The translations under genes were made by a program, and so were the position numbers. This document shows positions 7,484 through 11,070 of a DNA stretch of 11,070 bases, one piece after another. A model generated the notes under the pieces. The model was not told where the DNA came from. It searched no databases and was given only the letters and a program-made list of their open reading frames with translations. This DNA is from a bacterium (lineage in GTDB: Bacteria > Hinthialibacterota > Hinthialibacteria > Hinthialibacterales > Hinthialibacteraceae): contig JBHGBC010000182.1 of assembly GCA_041946805.1 (NCBI GenBank), forward strand, positions 1 to 11,070. Direction: 5' to 3'. How positions within the stretch are numbered: the stretch's first letter is position 1; each line of letters opens with the position of its first letter.

Positions 7484-7581
7484 GGGTGCAGGATCCCGCC
7501 TCCGCTCCATCCTTGCCCTGTTACCGATTCGGGTAGAATTCCGTTTTGATTGAAATGACGAATAGGCAAGGAGTGAGACGC

Positions 7582-9309
7582 ATGAAGGGGATTAATCGGC
7601 GCGGGGTGGCGGTTCTGGCCTGGATCTTGGGCGGATGGGCGGCGATTGGGGGGTACACGGCGGAACCGGGGAGCCTGCTGCGGGAAGGCGTGCCCGCGTC
7701 GCAAGCGGCGGCCATGCTCTCCGTAGAGGATTATTTAGATCGTGTCCAGGCAGTATGGATGGCGCGGATCATCGGCGCGCAGCTCGGGCGGCCGTTCGCG
7801 GCCCGGCCGGGATCGATGGGATGGATCGATAAGTTTGTTTATGACGCGGCGGGGAATGAAGCGTTGATCCAAAACCAGGGGGCGTTGCTGGATGAGGATT
7901 TGTATAAATGGATCCTCACACTGAATGCCTTCGAGAAATACGGCCTTGACCTGACGCCGGAGCAACTGCTCACCCATTGGGCTGAGAATCAGGCGGCGCG
8001 AAACGGCGGAGCGGGCGTGGCGCGGGCCGCTTTCCTGAAAGGCGTCAAACCGCCCGATTCCGGCCATCCCCGCCACAACCGCTATTGGCATACCACGGAA
8101 AGCATGAACCACGGCGGACTGTACGGCCTGCTCATGCCGGGCATGCCCAACCTGGCCGGCGGCGCGGCGCGCCGGCTGGAACATACCCGGTCGTACGCGG
8201 AAGGGGCGGACGGGGGCGTCTTCGCGGCGGCCCTGGTAAGCGTCGCGTTTTTCGAGCAGGACCCGCGGGAAGTGACGCGCAAGGCGGCGCGCCTGCTGCA
8301 TCCCTCCACCCCCGCGCGGCAATGCCTGGACCAGGTGATGGCGTTGGCGGACGAAGGAAAAAGCGCCACGGAGACCGTGGAAGCGGTGATGGCGCGGTGG
8401 AGTTCCGATTATCCCGCGGCCGACAGTGCGGTGACCAACGCCGGGCTGATTGCGGCAGCGCTGTGGTTCGGCGAGGGGGATTATCTGAAAACCATCAACC
8501 GGGCCTTGGCGATGGATTACGCGGACGCAAGCGGCATCGCGGCCGTGGCGGGCGAGGTTATCGTGGCCATGCGGGGGAGGAAGGCGCTGCCCCCTCAACT
8601 CGTGGAACCGTTAAACGGCCGGATCGCGGGCGTCCTTCCCGGAAGCGAACGAACCATGTCGGCCCTGAATCTCCCCCTCGCGGACCTGACGAAAAGATCC
8701 ATGGCGTTAAGTGAGAAAATCATCCTGGCGCGGGGCGGCCGCAACGCCGAGGGCATGCTGGTCATTCCCTACGAGGAAGCGGAGACGCAGGAGCCGGAAC
8801 TCTTCGATCTGGGCCAATTCGCATCCTGGTGGACACCGGGCTGGAACTTGGAACGGGCGGGCCATGGCGCGCCGGGATGGGGGAAACGGGGCGTTTGGGG
8901 CGGGACGTTTCTCGACGCCGAGGTCCTGGCCACCTACCCGCGAAACGAATCCCGGGGTGTTCGGCTGGAGCGCCGTGTGAAACTGGGAGAGAATCCGTCG
9001 CTGCGTTTCGAATGCGCCGCCGATCCCGGGCGGGCGTGGCGGCTGGATGTGTATGTGAATAACGACGCGGTGGTCAGCCGGCTGATCGACGGCGGCAAGG
9101 CGTTGAAATGGAAGGACGTTTCCCCATTGGAGTTTCCCTCGCCGGATGAGGAGTATCAGCGGTACAAGGAGCGCCGGCGCTGGGAGGTCATCCGCGTGGA
9201 CCTGAAGGACTACGCCGGACAAGAGGTGGTTCTGCGCTTATACCAGGATGTGTGGGTGCGGGACCATGTTCCCGGTAACGCCTACTGGCGGGGTTTGCAA
9301 GTGAATTAA
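7582..9309 (+). CDS. Secreted ADP-ribosylglycohydrolase-family protein with a C-terminal beta-sandwich domain; catalytic motifs degenerate
   Basis: ARH-fold segments: 'YLDRVQAVW..IIGAQLG', 'GVKPPDSGHPRHN', 'YGLLMPGMP', 'EGADGGVFAAALVSVAF', 'AVTNAGLIAAALWFGEGDYLKTI'. Basic then hydrophobic N-terminus. AAGGAG SD before ATG 7582. Confidence 0.8.
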   Translation: MKGINRRGVAVLAWILGGWAAIGGYTAEPGSLLREGVPASQAAAMLSVEDYLDRVQAVWMARIIGAQLGRPFAARPGSMGWIDKFVYDAAGNEALIQNQGALLDEDLYKWILTLNAFEKYGLDLTPEQLLTHWAENQAARNGGAGVARAAFLKGVKPPDSGHPRHNRYWHTTESMNHGGLYGLLMPGMPNLAGGAARRLEHTRSYAEGADGGVFAAALVSVAFFEQDPREVTRKAARLLHPSTPARQCLDQVMALADEGKSATETVEAVMARWSSDYPAADSAVTNAGLIAAALWFGEGDYLKTINRALAMDYADASGIAAVAGEVIVAMRGRKALPPQLVEPLNGRIAGVLPGSERTMSALNLPLADLTKRSMALSEKIILARGGRNAEGMLVIPYEEAETQEPELFDLGQFASWWTPGWNLERAGHGAPGWGKRGVWGGTFLDAEVLATYPRNESRGVRLERRVKLGENPSLRFECAADPGRAWRLDVYVNNDAVVSRLIDGGKALKWKDVSPLEFPSPDEEYQRYKERRRWEVIRVDLKDYAGQEVVLRLYQDVWVRDHVPGNAYWRGLQVN

Positions 9310-9313
9310 CTGC

Positions 9314-9489
9314 ATCCCCGAAGGGGATTAATGGATATGGCCGCGGTCCAAAGCCCGCGGTTTCGTGATTAAAACACCAATCTCCCGGGGATTGTGTTAA
9401 AGCTCATTCGATCCTTTCCGGATCGTTTGATCCTGTCCAATACCGGGGATTGCCACCCCGGCTATTCATATAGAATCCCGCCGGGATTC
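9314..9489. repeat. Six-hairpin palindromic (REPIN/MITE-like) element, copy 2
   Basis: Hairpins at 9314-9328, 9341-9360, 9378-9394, 9409-9425, 9443-9461 and 9473-9489, colinear with copy 1. Shares ATCCCCG.AGGGGAT and CCCGGCTATTCATAT. Confidence 0.8.
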
Positions 9490-9492
9490 GAT

Positions 9493-9515
9493 GCAGGCAG
9501 GATGCCCGCACCCCA
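9493..9515 (+). repeat. GCAGGC-type REP-like hairpin
   Basis: gcaggcaggatgcccgcacccca, similar to 10711-10734 and 5804-5827. Confidence 0.65.
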
Positions 9516-9563
9516 TTTTTCCGATCTGCCTTCCTGAATCCCTTCCGGCGCGGGGATGACACC

Positions 9564-10544
9564 CTATTTCTTTTCCCTCATCACCACTCCGCTTTTCAAC
9601 CGTTCCAGCAGCCAATCCTCGAATTTCTCCTTGTCCTTCCAGCTCATGGCGGCATGGATGATCCGCGCGGAGGCGTCTTTCACGGTGAATCCCTTTTCAT
9701 CCACCTTGAGGCGCACGTCTTCCATGACGCACAGTGATGGATCGATGGCCAGATACACCGCCACGGGATCGAAAAGGGTCGAGCTGCGCGATTCAGGATC
9801 GATGGAATGCCGGCCTTCCTTGGCCCAAACGCGGTAATTCGCCAATAACGTCTGAACGAGCGGATTGTCGGCTTGTTGCAACGCTTGGTACCGGTCCCCC
9901 GCTAGGTACACCAGCCCGGCGGTGTCGAGAGGGGCGATGGTCAGGTCCCAATCGGCCTGATAGAGAGCCTGGGAAGCAGGCACGTTATCGCGGACATTAT
10001 ACTCGGCGTCGGGGGTGGGGCGGCCATCGTAACCGAGGCGCACGCTGCCGCTCATGGCGAAGACCTTCACTTTTTTTACCACGTCCGGCGCGCGTTTGAG
10101 CAACTCCGGAATGTTGGGACAGGGGCCGATCACGAACAGATACACGGGGCGGCCGGCGCTTTGGATCACGTCGATCATGGCCTGCACGCCGTCTGGATGG
10201 ATACCGCCGGGATAGGATTTGAGATTATAATTTTCCGCCCATTTCCCCTGCGGCCCGGGGTGTTCGTCGAACTTGTTACCGTAGCCGACGGGAATATCGG
10301 AGCGGCCCACGCTTTCCAGAAACTTGGCCACGATCTTGGCGCGGCCCACGGTGTCGTGGCTGTCGGTCACCACCAGTTTCAAGTCCAGTTCGGGGCTGGC
10401 CAGGATGAGGGACAGCGCCCAGGTGTCGTCGATGTCCCCGCCGATATCCGTGTCGAGGATACATGGGATAGGTGCAGGGGTTTCCGCCGCTGCGGCCTGA
10501 TACGGAAGCGTCAACGTCAAAATCCCAAGAAACAAGTACCGCAT
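9564..10544 (-). CDS. Nucleoside hydrolase family protein (IU-NH fold) with a predicted signal peptide
   Basis: N-terminal Asp cluster 'ILDTDIGGDIDD', plus 'IGPCPN', 'MSGS', 'AEYNV', 'PLD', 'LFDPVAV'. Leader MRYLFLGILTLTLPYQAAAA. GGGAG SD. Confidence 0.9.
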   Translation of the reverse strand: MRYLFLGILTLTLPYQAAAAETPAPIPCILDTDIGGDIDDTWALSLILASPELDLKLVVTDSHDTVGRAKIVAKFLESVGRSDIPVGYGNKFDEHPGPQGKWAENYNLKSYPGGIHPDGVQAMIDVIQSAGRPVYLFVIGPCPNIPELLKRAPDVVKKVKVFAMSGSVRLGYDGRPTPDAEYNVRDNVPASQALYQADWDLTIAPLDTAGLVYLAGDRYQALQQADNPLVQTLLANYRVWAKEGRHSIDPESRSSTLFDPVAVYLAIDPSLCVMEDVRLKVDEKGFTVKDASARIIHAAMSWKDKEKFEDWLLERLKSGVVMREKK

Positions 10545-10680
10545 GATGGTTCTCCCACAATTCCATTGGTTTTTTTATGGAATTCAACCATAAAATACCC
10601 GGCAGGGAAAAGGAAGTCCTTCACCCAGAAGAAAAGAGGAAGATGGCAAGGCAGGGCGAACTTCCCGGAGAACCGCTCCT

Positions 10681-10734
10681 GCAGGCAGGAGGCCTTCTGC
10701 ATCACAGCCTGCAGGCAAGATGCCTGCACCACAA
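10681..10734 (+). repeat. Tandem pair of GCAGGC-type REP-like units (one degenerate, one perfect)
   Basis: gcaggcaggaggccttctgcatcaca (10681-10706), then GCAGGCA-AGA-TGCCTGC-accacaa (10711-10734). Confidence 0.7.
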
Positions 10735-10741
10735 TGGCTTT

Positions 10742-10790
10742 CCCTCACCCGGGCCATCTCCGGAGGAAGAGGAAATCAGGAGTGATATTC
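10742..10790 (+). repeat. Degenerate CCCTC...-type palindromic repeat copy
   Basis: ccctcacccgggccatctccggaggaagaggaaatcaggagtg resembles 4263-4320 and 10989-11047. Confidence 0.45.
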
Positions 10791-10982
10791 TCCGGCCTGA
10801 TCCTCAGGATGCCGCTCACACCTCTTGGAATAAGTATTTACTTGCCGGTTGAACCGTCTTGATTACTAAAATGGAAGAAAGGGACATCCCCTATGGTTCA
10901 TCCGTGAAGTGCGTACATCATGAGGTAAAATCGATTCCATTCCCTCCGGGATGAAGGTGAACACCCAGGTCCGCCCCGATCA

Positions 10983-11047
10983 AAAATTCCCTCGCCCTAG
11001 CCTTCTCCCAAAGGGAGAGGGAATTTTGGGGATGGTTTTCATCGATC
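10983..11047 (+). repeat. CCCTC...TCTCCC-AAA-GGGAGAGGG palindromic intergenic repeat, best-preserved copy
   Basis: Outer 11-bp inverted repeat AAAATTCCCTC (10983-10993) / GAGGGAATTTT (11017-11027), inner TCTCCC-AAA-GGGAGA, and a tail ending ATCGATC as at 4314-4320. Confidence 0.75.
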
Positions 11048-11070
11048 ACTTCGAAGAGATGCGAATAGGC

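Noticed and set aside
7512..7538. TTGCCC...TAGAAT candidate internal promoter for the ARH-like gene
   Set aside because: The spacer is only 15 bp, too weak to call without TSS data.

Overview
GC-rich bacterial chromosomal window with eight coding regions. In order: the 3' end of a WD40-type beta-propeller gene (+); a non-catalytic M16-family peptidase subunit and gpmA (both -); an orphan cytoplasmic PAS/Cys-rich histidine kinase (+); a membrane protein with a CTP-dependent phytol/dolichol-kinase-like C-terminus (-); a secreted TolB-like PD40 propeller protein and a secreted ADP-ribosylglycohydrolase-family protein with a degenerate active site (both +); and a secreted nucleoside-hydrolase-family protein (-). 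The most striking non-coding signal is a ~180-bp six-hairpin palindromic element present in two diverged, directly oriented copies (5622-5800 and 9314-9489). The copies show several compensatory base-pair changes, are each followed by the same two smaller repeat modules, and bracket the TolB-like/ARH-like gene pair. At least three other short REP-like palindrome families lie in the intergenic spaces. I see no transposase, CRISPR array, rRNA or tRNA. All product calls come from motif recognition by eye, not database searches.
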